A program made the position numbers and the translations under genes. The notes beneath the pieces are model-generated. The model did not search any database and was not told the DNA's origin. It saw only the letters and a program-made list of their open reading frames with translations. Source: Macrostomum lignano (lineage: Eukaryota). Taken from it: a stretch of DNA of 64,000 nt. Below, piece by piece: positions 11,944 through 23,962 of this stretch. Each line of letters opens with the position of its first letter. Within the stretch, counting starts at the first letter, position 1. The stretch covers positions 27,043-91,042 of the forward strand of contig NIVC01000517.1 in the NCBI GenBank assembly GCA_002269645.1, read 5' to 3'.

Positions 11944-13984
11944 TGATGAGGACGCACTTTTTTCAATCTTAGAACCGCACATTTTGCTTCGATGCGCTTT
12001 TCCCCTACTGTCAGTAGGCTAGCTTAGGAATTTCTCTCCATTCTCTCATCTAGGCTAAGTTCTATACTATTTTATGCCATTACTATTAATTATGATAAAT
12101 ACTCAATGTACTTCTCTTAGAATTCTAATTTTGGATTGTTTACGCACCTTTGAAGGTCAGACTGTCTGGGTCTGAGGCGGATTGACCTCCAACAGTCTAG
12201 ACAGGCGACACTAAGTCTGGGAGGAACGTTTTTAACCACGTTCTGACCCCCAAATTTGTGGCTTTTTTACTGTTTTCGGTGATTTATGGCCGTCTAGCTG
12301 TCACTTTTGGCTCCAGCCTGTCGGGGTCAAAGAGGTCTTTCCAGCTTTCTCCCCACTCGCTCTGTTGCTTTCTCCTTTGATTCATGGGCGTTTTGCTGTC
12401 ACTTTTGGCGCCAGGATGTCTAGACAAGTGACTCTTATTATGTTTTGCTTATGATTTATGACCGCACCTGTCAACTTCCCTGGTGTCTGACCTGGTGGGG
12501 TGGGTTTTGGGGTCTTGAGCTCAGCCAATCGGAGTCGACCTGACTGCCCCCGGCTCGACCAATCAGAAAATTCGGCGTCTATTTTAACAAAAGCTCTCAG
12601 CCAATCGGAAAATTCAGCGTGCGTTATAACAAATCGGCCGCGTGAGAGCTATAAAAGGCGGCAACTCGACCCTCGCTCGAGTAACCCCGGCTGCTTCCAC
12701 GACCCTTCGAGTGTTTCCGGGCTTGCTGGTATCTTGTTCCGGCTGCCCCTTCGGCATCTGAGCCCCCTTCCCCCGGCAGCTTCGGCTTCAGCAGCTAAGT
12801 TTTCCCTCGGGAGACGTCACCAGTCTTTCCCGGCCGCGAACCGAAAGCAGCAACGACCTTCGGCAAGTGAAGAGTAGCGGCGGCAATCGTCAGTCAAGAT
12901 CAGCAGCAGCATCCCGTCTGAGCGCTTCGGTCTCTGTGGATTCCTTGGCTACCGGCAGATAGGTCCTCTGATTGGTTTGGTGAGAGGCTTTCTTGACCTG
13001 CTTAACTGGGTGCACCCTTTGACTGACCTCTCCCTAGGTAGTCTGATAGGATTTGCGCTTTTGCTTACTTGCTTTTGTGTGCCAATCCCGAGGCAGAAGT
13101 GTCAGTTAATATTAAAAGTAGCCATTTGCTCTAACTCAATCTAAAGTGTTTAGGATTGCGGATTAAGTGAGAAAGTTAAATCTGGAAGTTAAAGACTTAG
13201 TGTTTTCTTTCTTTTTCGCAATGCCAGCTGAGATGAGTGGCTAGATCTAGGGGCAAAGGTCACAGTGGACCGGAAGCGGCACAGTTCCCAGTCAATCAGT
13301 CGATCTAAGAAATCATTATGTTAAGCATGCAAATTAAGTGTCAGACTGGCGCTTTGGCGCGGTCACAGGCAGTTAAGCAGCTAAAGGAAGTTAAATATTA
13401 GTCTAACGATCTCCGAAAGTGACAATGCATCTACATCATCGCTATCTGTCGACGTGTTAACACATTTAGTGCCAAAAGCGTGCAGTTACGTGTACTTTTA
13501 CATGTACTTCTGGGAATTGGTAATGAAATAGTACATTTAGTAGTGTATGAAGGCTCGCCAGCGCAAGAACCCCCTGCAAAAGTCCTCTCTGTCTCTGCAT
13601 GGCCAATGCGATCTTAGTCCCAGCAGTGTCCCTTCTATTCGGCTATGACTTCGAGATTTAGACAGCTAAAAGACACTAGATGGCAGGTAAGTGCAGTGCC
13701 CCTCTAGTCGGAAGTCCGATTTCGATAGCTCCGGTTTGGTGAGCCGGGGCGTACGGACTGGTGGCAGCGGGTTAGTTAATCTGCGGATTAGCTAATCTCT
13801 ACCTTTAAAATTCTCCCTGCTTGTCTCTCGCTGTCCTCTCTTAGCTATAGGACCTTGCTGCTCGCCCACAATCCAGCTACCATGGGGCTGACCATCTGAC
13901 AGGAGTGAGAGGCCAGAGTTCTAAGTGATTCATTTCTGAATTCTGAGGCCCGAAGCTACAGGCTTAAAAAGTCCGAACCCATCA
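11944..13984 (+). mobile_element. Probable solo LTR (~2.04 kb)
   Basis: Begins TGATG and ends CATCA, flanked by the 4-bp direct repeat CTTT. Internal CCAAT boxes plus TATA box followed by a GC-rich leader. No gag/pol ORF. Confidence 0.6.
12525..12656 (+). promoter_or_regulatory. Pol II promoter-like module inside the solo LTR
   Basis: CCAAT at 12525, 12559 and 12601; TATAAAA at 12650-12656. Confidence 0.55.
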
Positions 13985-14031
13985 CTTTCATTAACTACTC
14001 GTATATACTAACGATAATATACCAAATAAAA

Positions 14032-14895
14032 TGTATTGAAATACTGAGGGTTGTCTCAGGGTTGTCTCGAGGTGGCCTGGTAGGTCTTAAGTCTCGAGCC
14101 TCTTCGTAGCGTAGGTAGTCCTGCCACCAGTTCCTTCAGGTCTCGGCCTTCGGTGAGGTGAGCTTCCCGTCAGAACGAAAGAAACAAGTCAAAGAACTCA
14201 GCACAGCGTGCAGATTTCAAGATTAACGAACAAGGCGTCTGGTTAGCAGATCCCGCCGGGCTCAGTGGGTGGTTGGGGAGGCTGTATTAGCCTCCTTTAG
14301 GCTTAAGCATCTAAGTTTAGTCAGGCTAATAAAGGGAGAGTTGATTGGACAATAAAACTGTCAGAAAACTTCGGAAACTGAGAAACTAAGAACTGGAACT
14401 AGACTTAAAAACTACTGAAACTGAGAACTAGACTGGAAAACAATGAAACTAAGAACCTCCTTGACTGAACCAAAGATGGTGGGGTCCATATTTATAGCCT
14501 GGGATTCTCCACTGCCCCAATGCGCACAAGACCTCGGGACTTTGTTCTATTTTTAGAACTGACGTCACTTTGGGTCCTCGGGCAGAGTGCGCCAAGCTGT
14601 TAGTAAACACGGACCAGCAAGTGCAGTAGACTGCACTGTAGGACTTCAAGAAAACAAGACTTGTCATGTGACTTGCTCACATGACAAGGGAAACAGGCCA
14701 CCCAGCGTGACCTCAGGACAGGAACGAAATGCAGAGCAGGCCACAGCAGAGAAGCTCGAGGGGGGGGGGGGCGACAGAGAACAGGCAGAAAAAGGGGAGG
14801 GAGGCTGCCCAGCGGCAGACAGCAACCCAGGGTGAGGGCGAGGGAAACTGCTGACAATAGTGCGACGCCTAACACCAAACTAGCGGCTCACTACA
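14032..14895 (-). mobile_element. Possible second LTR-like fragment
   Basis: Ends TGTATTGA ... TCACTACA (imperfect inverted termini) and a minus-strand TATA-like motif near 14490. No matching TSD found. Confidence 0.3.
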
Positions 14896-15757
14896 ATATC
14901 AAACTTGCAATTATCGAATTTAAATGACACTTAGAAGTAATATAGTGTCACAGCTATTTGTTGCAATACCTCTATAGACTTATGTTGCACATTTAGCTTT
15001 GTTTAGACCTTTCAAGGTACAGTCTACGGTCCAGTGCATTGGTACTACATTGGGAGCACGTGCTTTGTGAAATATAATTTGCTCAAGAATATTGTTTACT
15101 TCGAAACCTTCTGCATTGTCTGCTGCATGCTATACTAAAATGAAATTAGAATATAAAAACTAGGCGAAGAAGCCCTACAAACTTCACGAATCTTCGGTAA
15201 AGCCGTTTCGTTTCTACCAGTCGTTGGCAGAATGCAGACAGCTCCATCCGTGGAACAATAGACAATAAGCGAAGAAAAAAAGCATTGAAACAGCTGCAAC
15301 CAGTTGGATTTGTCAGTATTAGAAATAAAAAGATCTAAGACATTCGAAAAGAAATAGAATACTTTTAGCCACTCATTCAGTGCAGTAACAGACGATGGCT
15401 TTTCATAGCTAAGTCGTGGCATGGCGGTAACAAAATTTTATGAAAAGAATAGAGCTTATAGAGGCATTCTCAGCTAGCTCTTCCCCGACGTCTCACTGTA
15501 TTAAGCATAGCTAGCCCATTATATCCTGACAGAGGCGAAGCCATAAGCCTTCACTCTAAGCTGTTTCTGGCAACAGAACACTAGAAAAAATTCTGACGTT
15601 TTGAGCTCTAACAGTTAGCTATTTAATAGAGATAAAGCAGACTTCTTCTACCAAGCCCAGAGCACTATAGACAAGCCTGTTTCCGAAACTAAAGCAATTG
15701 CAAATAGATACTTTATACCGACACACTGAACGATTTTTATATTAGTACCCGATTAGA

Positions 15758-18700
15758 ATGCTGCGCAGGCGTGCGTTTTGCTTTCTGACTGGCGTCGCGC
15801 TTGCTCTCTGCGTATGTCTGCGTAAGTAGCAACTCGATGTTGATTTTTGCATCTTGCTCAACTACATGTAGATATCTAACTATTCTTTTGACTTTGGCTG
15901 TCATGCTATTTGAAAAACAACTCTACAACAGCCAGTCATAGCTTAGAACAAACTCTACCGTTGATAAAAATACGTATCATGTAAACCCTTGCTCCATGCT
16001 ATTAGACTGCTCCAATCCCGTACATCAATTCGACGTTGCTGACAGACATTCAGCCGACGTATGACGTAGTTATCCGTCGATGTAATGAAAAGTACAGATT
16101 TGTCAGTGACGTCGCAATGGTCGGATTGCTGTACGGGAATGGTCTCGATTTCATAGCCTTATGGCTAAAACTTGTAGACGTGAACTTTGAGATTGTCGCT
16201 TTCTGAGTAGCCACTAGACCTTAAAAATTCCTTAACCTTTCCGAGGCTAAAATAATCTTGGCTCGAAGTTCTCTATATCTGTACTTGATTTTTAACCGTT
16301 AAAAATAATAGCTTTAAAAAGCTTGGTTGGGTTGCTGTCTATTGGAGAATGCAGCTTTGATTCTTCCATTTCGTCGGTCTCATTCATCCATGGCAGAGAC
16401 TACTGCTGGCAGTGAATGGAGATTATCAACTCAATTTGACTTTATTGAAAGCAGATCAGACTTAAAATCACTTGACTGACAAATAAAACAACAAGTCAGA
16501 AGACATCTAATGGGCCGTAGGGATGCAGCTACAGCAATTGGGATACAGTCGTAGGGATACAGGGAAACGGCGTTTCATCGACTGCCTGCTGGCTTATGCC
16601 GGCGCCCCGAACACTGCCGGCGGTCCGGCCTATGTTCGCGCTCAGGCCCTGAAATGCGCCCTGTAACATTTTCCTACGCTTGACTGTCTGACAATTTGTA
16701 TTTTGTTGTTGTTGTTGGATTCAGCTAAGCAAATTGACCGCCAGTCCAACTATATGCAGCTGTTCCTAGCATTATCTAGCTGAACCACGTTATCACACTG
16801 CGTCATTTCTCGCTTATCCGTTAATAAAAAAGCTACCAACGATTTTTTTTAATTGAACAGCGCCACAAGCTCAAGGTTATACTACCGATATATCAGCTGA
16901 GGCGACAGAGTCCACAGATTCGGCATCAACTGATTCACCGTTTGAGACAGACGGCGCAACTATTGATTGGACTGCGGGTCCGGCGCCATCGGATGCACCG
17001 GCTCCGACAGACGGCGCAACTATTGATTGGACTGCGGGTCCGGCGCCATCGGATGAACCGGCTCCGACAGACGGCGCAACTATTGATTGGACTGCGGGTC
17101 CGGCGCCATCGGATGAACCGGCTCCGACAGACGGCGCAACTATTGATTGGACTGCGGGTCCGGCGCCATCGGATGCACCGGCTCCGACAGACGGCGCAAC
17201 TATTGATTGGACTGCGGGTCCGGCGCCATCGGATGCACCGGCTCCGACAGACGGCGCAACTATTGATTGGACTGCGGGTCCGGCGCCATCGGATGCACCG
17301 GCTCCGACAGGCTCAGACGTATATACAACAGCTCAGACTCCTGCGCCGCCAGCAGTGGTAACAACGGCTACAAATAACGACGGCGATGGTATTATCGTTG
17401 ACCCATCGAAGCTGTGCGACAGTGCGCCGTGCAAAAATGGAGCCACCTGTCGCACTACAAGCACCTACTTTGAGTGCACGTGTGTGCCTGGTTACAATGG
17501 ATTTCTCTGCGAGATAGGCACGTAAATTAATACACGTAACTTTCATATTGACTGGTCGGAGCAGAAATGTACAGACGAATGTAGGAATGAATATCAGTGG
17601 GGAATGAATACGAACTGTTAAGGGTAACTAAGTGCTGACGTAAATGATACTAACCTAAATATTTGCAGACATCGACGACTGCGCTACAAACCCCTGTGTT
17701 AGAGGCAGCTGCATCGATCGGGTGAACGCGTATCAGTGCGTCTGCCCTGCCGGCTGGTCTGGGACAAACTGCAACACTGGTGGGTTGATTTTTGACTAGT
17801 AACAAACGATCGGTTTTGCTGTGCAAATCAATTGATCGAATCTTTTTATTTATTTCCTAGTGCCTAATCGCATAGTTGACACTTTTTATTTCTTAGACAT
17901 TGACGAGTGCAGCAGTTCGCCTTGTCACGTTAACGCCATCTGCAGCAACAATCCGGGCTCATTTTCTTGCGCCTGTAGCCCTGGTTACTATGGCGACGGA
18001 TACACTTGTATTGGTAGGACTTATCCGAGTTTGAAAAACAACAGAATTAAAAAACGTTGAATAATCTAATTTGATCTGAAATTTACTGACACAACTAAGA
18101 TATTTTTGAAAATAATAATGCTTGTAGAACAGATGATTTTGCCCACTGACAATGGTACAAAGCTGACGACATACGACTTCAACAACTATACAGTCAGCTA
18201 CATCACAATTGAAACTGAAGCTCCCTTCATAATCGGGTCACGGGAGAGCACTGTATGCAAGGTATGCAGACTCAAGTCTTTAATTAAGAAATAAGACTTA
18301 TGACTTATCTATGTCAAGCTGCAACATATTTCCACTAATTTATTTGACCCGCCTTAAATTAATACAGATTTCCAAAGACGGCTACCTGTCGTTCTCGAAT
18401 CCGCCGTACCAGCTGACCTGGCCTACCTGGTACACCTACCTGGTCAAGCCGATGGTGTTTCCCTATTGGTCCTACCGGTATTCGTTCGCCTACCCAGACT
18501 CCGCCGTCTACTACGAGTTGCTAGACAGTTCACAGCACAGTAACACGCAGAACTGGAAAAAGGTTGTGGAAATTATTACCAGCTTCAGCGGAGGCGATAC
18601 CTACAATCCGCTGAATGCACTCATCGTCACCTGGAATAAGATGCAGCCTTACAGCTATTACTATTACTACTGTCACTACTGCAACTACTACTATAAACAG

Positions 18701-21700
18701 TTGGGGTACAGCTGGGCTCAATACTACTGCAAGTACTGCGACCCCAAGCAGGAGGTAATTAAGGGCAGGCACTACGAGCGTATAATCTTGCATAAAACAC
18801 ATTGCCATCTTTTTGATGCGGTTAGTCCACGGTGAAAGCAGTAGCTACAGTCTGGGCACAAAACTATGGAAATAAAGCACCAGTGCGCGGAAAAGTGTCA
18901 TAATTGGTTGCGTAACTTGCACTAGAAATATAAATCTGTCACTCAATATTCTCATTAAGTAGAATCAAACTTCTACAAACTCCCGCAGCACATCAGCTTC
19001 CAAGCAATCGTCACCAGAAACGAGAGCCACTCCTTCGTCATCTTTAACTACGGACAGTTCGAGATGAGCGAGTGGCGCTGGTGGTACTACTACGTCGCGG
19101 CAGGCTTCACCGATGGTTACCAGAAATTCGACAGGTTGCCCTTTAGCTACTACTGGTGGCGCAGCAATTATGTCACCGACAATAAGGTCATGGGCAATGT
19201 CGGAAAAGTCGGAAGACACGTAAGGATAATGGCGGACTCCATCCCTCCTAGCGACAAGCTCAAGTGCAAAAAATGGATGGACAACGAGCGCAAACGACCT
19301 CTTACGACGAAGTTGAGCTGCCGCACTTGCCCTCGAGACATGCGCCAAGCGGTGTTGGACTGGCGCTACTGGCCATATGAGTACTCTTGCGACAAGAAAA
19401 ACCAGAATGAGAAAGGAAACTATAAGCTCACCATGTGCTTCCGAGGCAGATTTGAGTGCGTGCAGAACTTTACAAATCCGCCAGTATGTCCTTATCCGTG
19501 GTGGAACTGGTACTGCAACCGGTTCATGCGGTGTCAGTTCTACGCTGCGCCAAGATGTTGCTACAAGCTCAAGGTACACTGGAAGAAGGACGGCCAACTC
19601 GTGGATTACTGCGATGCCGGCTACTCGGTGTGGAGCATGCGCTGGCGGTTGCGCAACATCATGTTCGACAGACGCCAGAGTGGCTCCTTAATCAAGAGTA
19701 CTGTGCAAGGAGCGGGACACAGCATGATTCTGGAGAGAACGAACCAGAACTACTGGTGGTGGATCAAGTACGACGAGCAGCTCAGAAACGAGACGTATGG
19801 CTACGATGTTTGCCGAGCGGGCAAGGTGATTGGAAAGTACAAGAAGTTCCGCCCAAAGTGCAATAGTCGAGAATACACCGAACCGGCTTGGGGTGAGCAA
19901 ACAGGCTGAACTTGTCATTTTAGCTTAGCAATAGTTTACTACTAAGTCTTAACTGATTCTTTCAATTTACGAAACAGGTTTCAATCGAGGTGATCCTCAC
20001 ATTAGCACTATTGACGGAATCACGTACTCCTTCAACGGCTTGTGCGAGTACTACATGATCAGGAACAGCTCGCAGAGTGCTCCTATGCTCGAGTTGCAAG
20101 CCAGAACGGGTCTGGCAAAGTCACTCAATCCGAATGTCACCGCATCGGCTACCGTTTTCATCGGATTTGCGCTCAAGGCCGGCTCCAACAACTGTTCCAT
20201 TTCTGTTCTGCTTAACACGAGCTCAAACGACCTGGACGTGTACAAAGACAACGAGCTGTTGGGCAGTGTGCTCACGTACTTCTCCGAACAGGAGAACTCC
20301 ACAACCATCGAAAAGTACACCCTGAAGTCAAACGACAACAAGAGCATCAGCATCAGCGAGTCGGACACTGGCTTCTCCGTGACCGTCGACAGAGTTCTTA
20401 GTCTGCTGCAGGCATCGGTGCAGCTCGACCAGCTGAGACACGCCAGCGAAGTGGAAGGACTCATGGGAAACTTCAACGGAAACAAGACTGACGACTTCAA
20501 GCTACGAAACGGCACCCTCTTTCCTGGAAACAGCTCGGAGCGAGACCTGTTCCACTTCGGTCAGAGCTGGGCGCTGCAGTCGAGCGACGTGAGTCACTTC
20601 CCGTATCCAGCGGGAAAGACTCGAGCGGACTTCTGTAATCTGTCCTTCGTTCCGGTGTTTGTCGAGGACTACAAGGATAACTTGTTGGACCTGTTCCACA
20701 ACAACTCGGAGCTCATGACGTCGGCAAACAAGGTAAGTCGGCACTTTGTAGACAATCACACTATTGGTTGCTCAATATCCCATTACATTCAATACTAAAT
20801 GCTTTGATGTTGCAGACTTGCTGGAACGCAGAGCAGTCCATCTACTTGAGCTGCATGTATGACGCAGCACAGCTGCAGTCACTCGACGCTGCAGAAGAAG
20901 CTTCGTTGGCGGTCAGCCAGGAGGTGTCGGCAAAGGCGGTGGCCTCAAACTTTGCTCCAGAGTTTAACATGCCTACAAACATCACGGTCCACTCGTCGAC
21001 AACTTTCAACTTGACCATCAACGTCACCGACAAAGACGGAAATCCTATCGTGTTGAGCATCCAGGAGCCCAGCAACGACACGTTGATGTGGCTCGACGGC
21101 AACGTGCTGGTGTGGCAGGTCGGCATAAACATCAGCGCCTTCAACTTGACGATCGTGGCCACTGACTCGATGGGAGCACCGACTTCTTGGACGCCAGTCG
21201 TCTTGTACATCGACTGCGAGAACGGGGCCACGCACAGCTTCAACTACACGACTGGGGAAACAGTGGTTGGAGGTACTGCTTTCATTTACTATAAATTTAC
21301 TTCAACTTACTTTTTAGGGTCGAATACGTATAAAGCTGTGAAACCAAATGTATAAAATTCATTTGTAACGCACTGCAGAGAACTTCTACCGAGCACAGTG
21401 CAGCTGTCCCAGTGGCTACCAAGGTGACAGGTGCGACGTGACGCCCTGCTCGGCACAGCCGAATCCTTGCTACAATGCCAGCATGTGCCACATGTACAGC
21501 AACGGTAGTTACTACTGTGACAGCTGCCCCGATGGGATGGTGGGTGATGGACAGGTGTGCGAAGGTAAGATCCAGGACCTTTTCTTTATCGATGTATATT
21601 ATCAAAGTATTGTGGGAATTAATATTCTTCGTGATTCTGCCGATGATGCTTTGGCTGATCGTTTTAACATATAAAACTGCAGATACGAACGAATGCCTGG

Positions 21701-22301
21701 AGACTCCCGGCATCTGTCAGGAGCAGTGCACCAACTTGGTTCCAGGCTACCGGTGCAACTGCACCACTCCCGGCTTCCGGGTATCGCCTAGCAACTCCAG
21801 TTTGTGCGAGGACATCGACGAATGCGCCACCGGGGACAATCGGTGCAGAGCCGATCAGAACCAGACGTGCGTGAACACGAACGGGTCCTACACGTGCACG
21901 TGTCCGATGGCGGGCTTCAAGCTGAACGCTCTGTACGAATGCGAGGTAAGCTTATACAACAACAACAACAACAAAATACGCGACCCCGAATGCACAGTCA
22001 CAGTTAGAGCAGGGCGCAGATGGCGTGCCGCAGAGCCTGGAAGCGAATAAAGTCCGCTCCGTTGGCAGTGTCGGGCGCCCCAGCATCGCACAGCAGGCAG
22101 TCAACGTATCGGCGCGTTCAGGCTTAAGCTTATAGCATTATTAACAATAGTAGTCTTTGTTTCCTGATACTAGCGTGAGTAATACGAGTAGAAGGAACAA
22201 AAGCAACAACAACTGCAACTGCTGATGCAGTAACAGTGTTTTGCTAAACAGTTGATTTTTGCCAAATGTTTGACCAGTTTTGGATAGCTCGTATAGGCTT
22301 T

Positions 22302-22358
<57 letters not shown>

Positions 22359-22420
22359 ATAGTAGTAGTAGTAGTAGTAGTAGTAGTTGTTGTTGTTGTA
22401 GTTGTTGTTGTTGTTGTTTT

Positions 22421-22453
<33 letters not shown>

Positions 22454-23122
22454 TTTGTTGTTGTTGTTGTTGTTGCCGTAACCAGGTCTGTCTAAAGGTA
22501 TACTTTTTCATACATATACCTAATTCTTTCTCAGGACATAAACGAGTGCAGGAACCCAACGAACCCTTGCGGTGGCGACTACATCTGCGTGAATGACATC
22601 GGCAGCTATTCGTGCGAATGCGCGCAGAACATGATCAGAGTGAACGGCAAGTGCGTAAAGGTGGTTATACGCTCGACCGACAGCGCTACCACGGCGCCGA
22701 TTGACGACTCTTGTGAGTGTATTGTCTGTAGAATTACTCAAGTTATAAATATGAACATAGCCATTAGAAAGGCAAGACATATTAAAAGATGAGCATTGGG
22801 TCTGACTGAAAGCAGTAACAATTTTTGTGCTGAAAAGAGGAAAACCTATAGCTGTCTCCTAAAATTTTCCAAGAAACGTATAATTTGCAGTCCTTCTACC
22901 CACTTTAGTAGTCCTTATGGTTTTCAATTGTTTACTGTGTCTATGCCTCACAATTTCGCACCAACCATTTGCGCTTCAGCCAACACTGTGCTGATCATCT
23001 CGCTAGTGATCGGCGGCGTGCTGCTCATGACTGTGATAGTCAGCGTGGCTATCATTTTCGGCGTAAGGACGCGGGTTCCAGTAGAAGGACTTTTTGATCT
23101 GCCGTCGCCAGAAAACGATTAG
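15758..23122 (+). CDS. MUC4/SUSD2-like type I membrane glycoprotein, paralog 2 (signal peptide, 6 x 20-aa repeats, 3 EGF, NIDO, AMOP, VWD, EGF repeats, TM, short tail)
   Basis: Exons: 15758-15821 ([21 protein letters not shown]), 16861-17517, 17669-17779, 17897-18013, 18128-18261, 18368-18754, 18963-19892, 19978-20732, 20816-21272, 21379-21564, 21683-21945, 22535-22712, 22980-23122. Splice phases are consistent except the 18754/18963 junction. Confidence 0.85.
16947..17306 (+). repeat. Coding 60-bp repeat, 6 copies: [16 protein letters not shown](A/E)PAP
   Basis: Exact 360-bp block in the frame of exon 16861-17517, which continues into an EGF domain. Confidence 0.9.
22302..22455. repeat. Compound microsatellite (GTA)n followed by (GTT)n, intronic
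   Basis: Directly visible; lies within intron 21946-22534. Confidence 0.95.
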
Positions 23123-23962
23123 AGAAGTGACGATTGACAGTGAAGATGTTCTCTGACAATAATTAACTTTGAGCAATGTTTTTTTTACGCTCAATGTTTT
23201 TTACGCCTTGTAGATTGTAGCCAATCATTATAGAATATTGATCGGAGAACTGCTGAAGGTTACGTTTCTATGAAAATTAAAAATACTGTTTTCTTTATAG
23301 TGAATCTGTCGTAAAAACAAAAATCTGCGCATAGCTACTTAAAATAATACTTCATCTTGAGAAATCGGTTGTAAAATTTAGAAGTCGAAGTAGACGACTG
23401 CACAACTGTACAAACAGTTTGCTTCCATTTTGTTTCAATATTTATTTACGGTTCATATCCACTTTGCTATTTAATGATCAGTCTGAGCTTATACAGAAAA
23501 ATATTTATCTGTCTTTTTTAATCCAAATTATTCGAGCATATACCATGGCTAATCTTAATCTATACCCGAGTGCATCAAAGACTACTTCTATTATTATTTT
23601 TTATAGTATTTTTTACTGCCGCGTAAAATAGTATTAATCCTAGATGCATTCTATTAAGTGATATTTGATCAATAAATTCGCTAAAAAAGCAGAACTTTCA
23701 CGGAAAAAAGCATTCAACTTTGGTTATTTTTTCATTTAAAATCGGAATCGATGAATGCAATTCTCGAAATTTAATTTGTTTTATAATTGTTAATAACATT
23801 TTTGTGAATCACCCGTTCCAACCAAGACACGTGACGAAAAAATCGATAGCTAAAAGTGCATACCCATTTGGGCAACGGATGTACAAATAAACTGTTTCGT
23901 AAATACAAACTAAATGTACACTGAAGTACAATTCAACAGTTGCATAGCCTTGACTTTGACTG

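Noticed and set aside
16942-17361. ORF-track protein [20 protein letters not shown] repeats
   Set aside because: Wrong frame; the frame joining the signal-peptide exon and the EGF domain reads [20 protein letters not shown].
22170-22596. Poly-Tyr/Val/Ser ORFs
   Set aside because: Trinucleotide microsatellite inside an intron of paralog 2.
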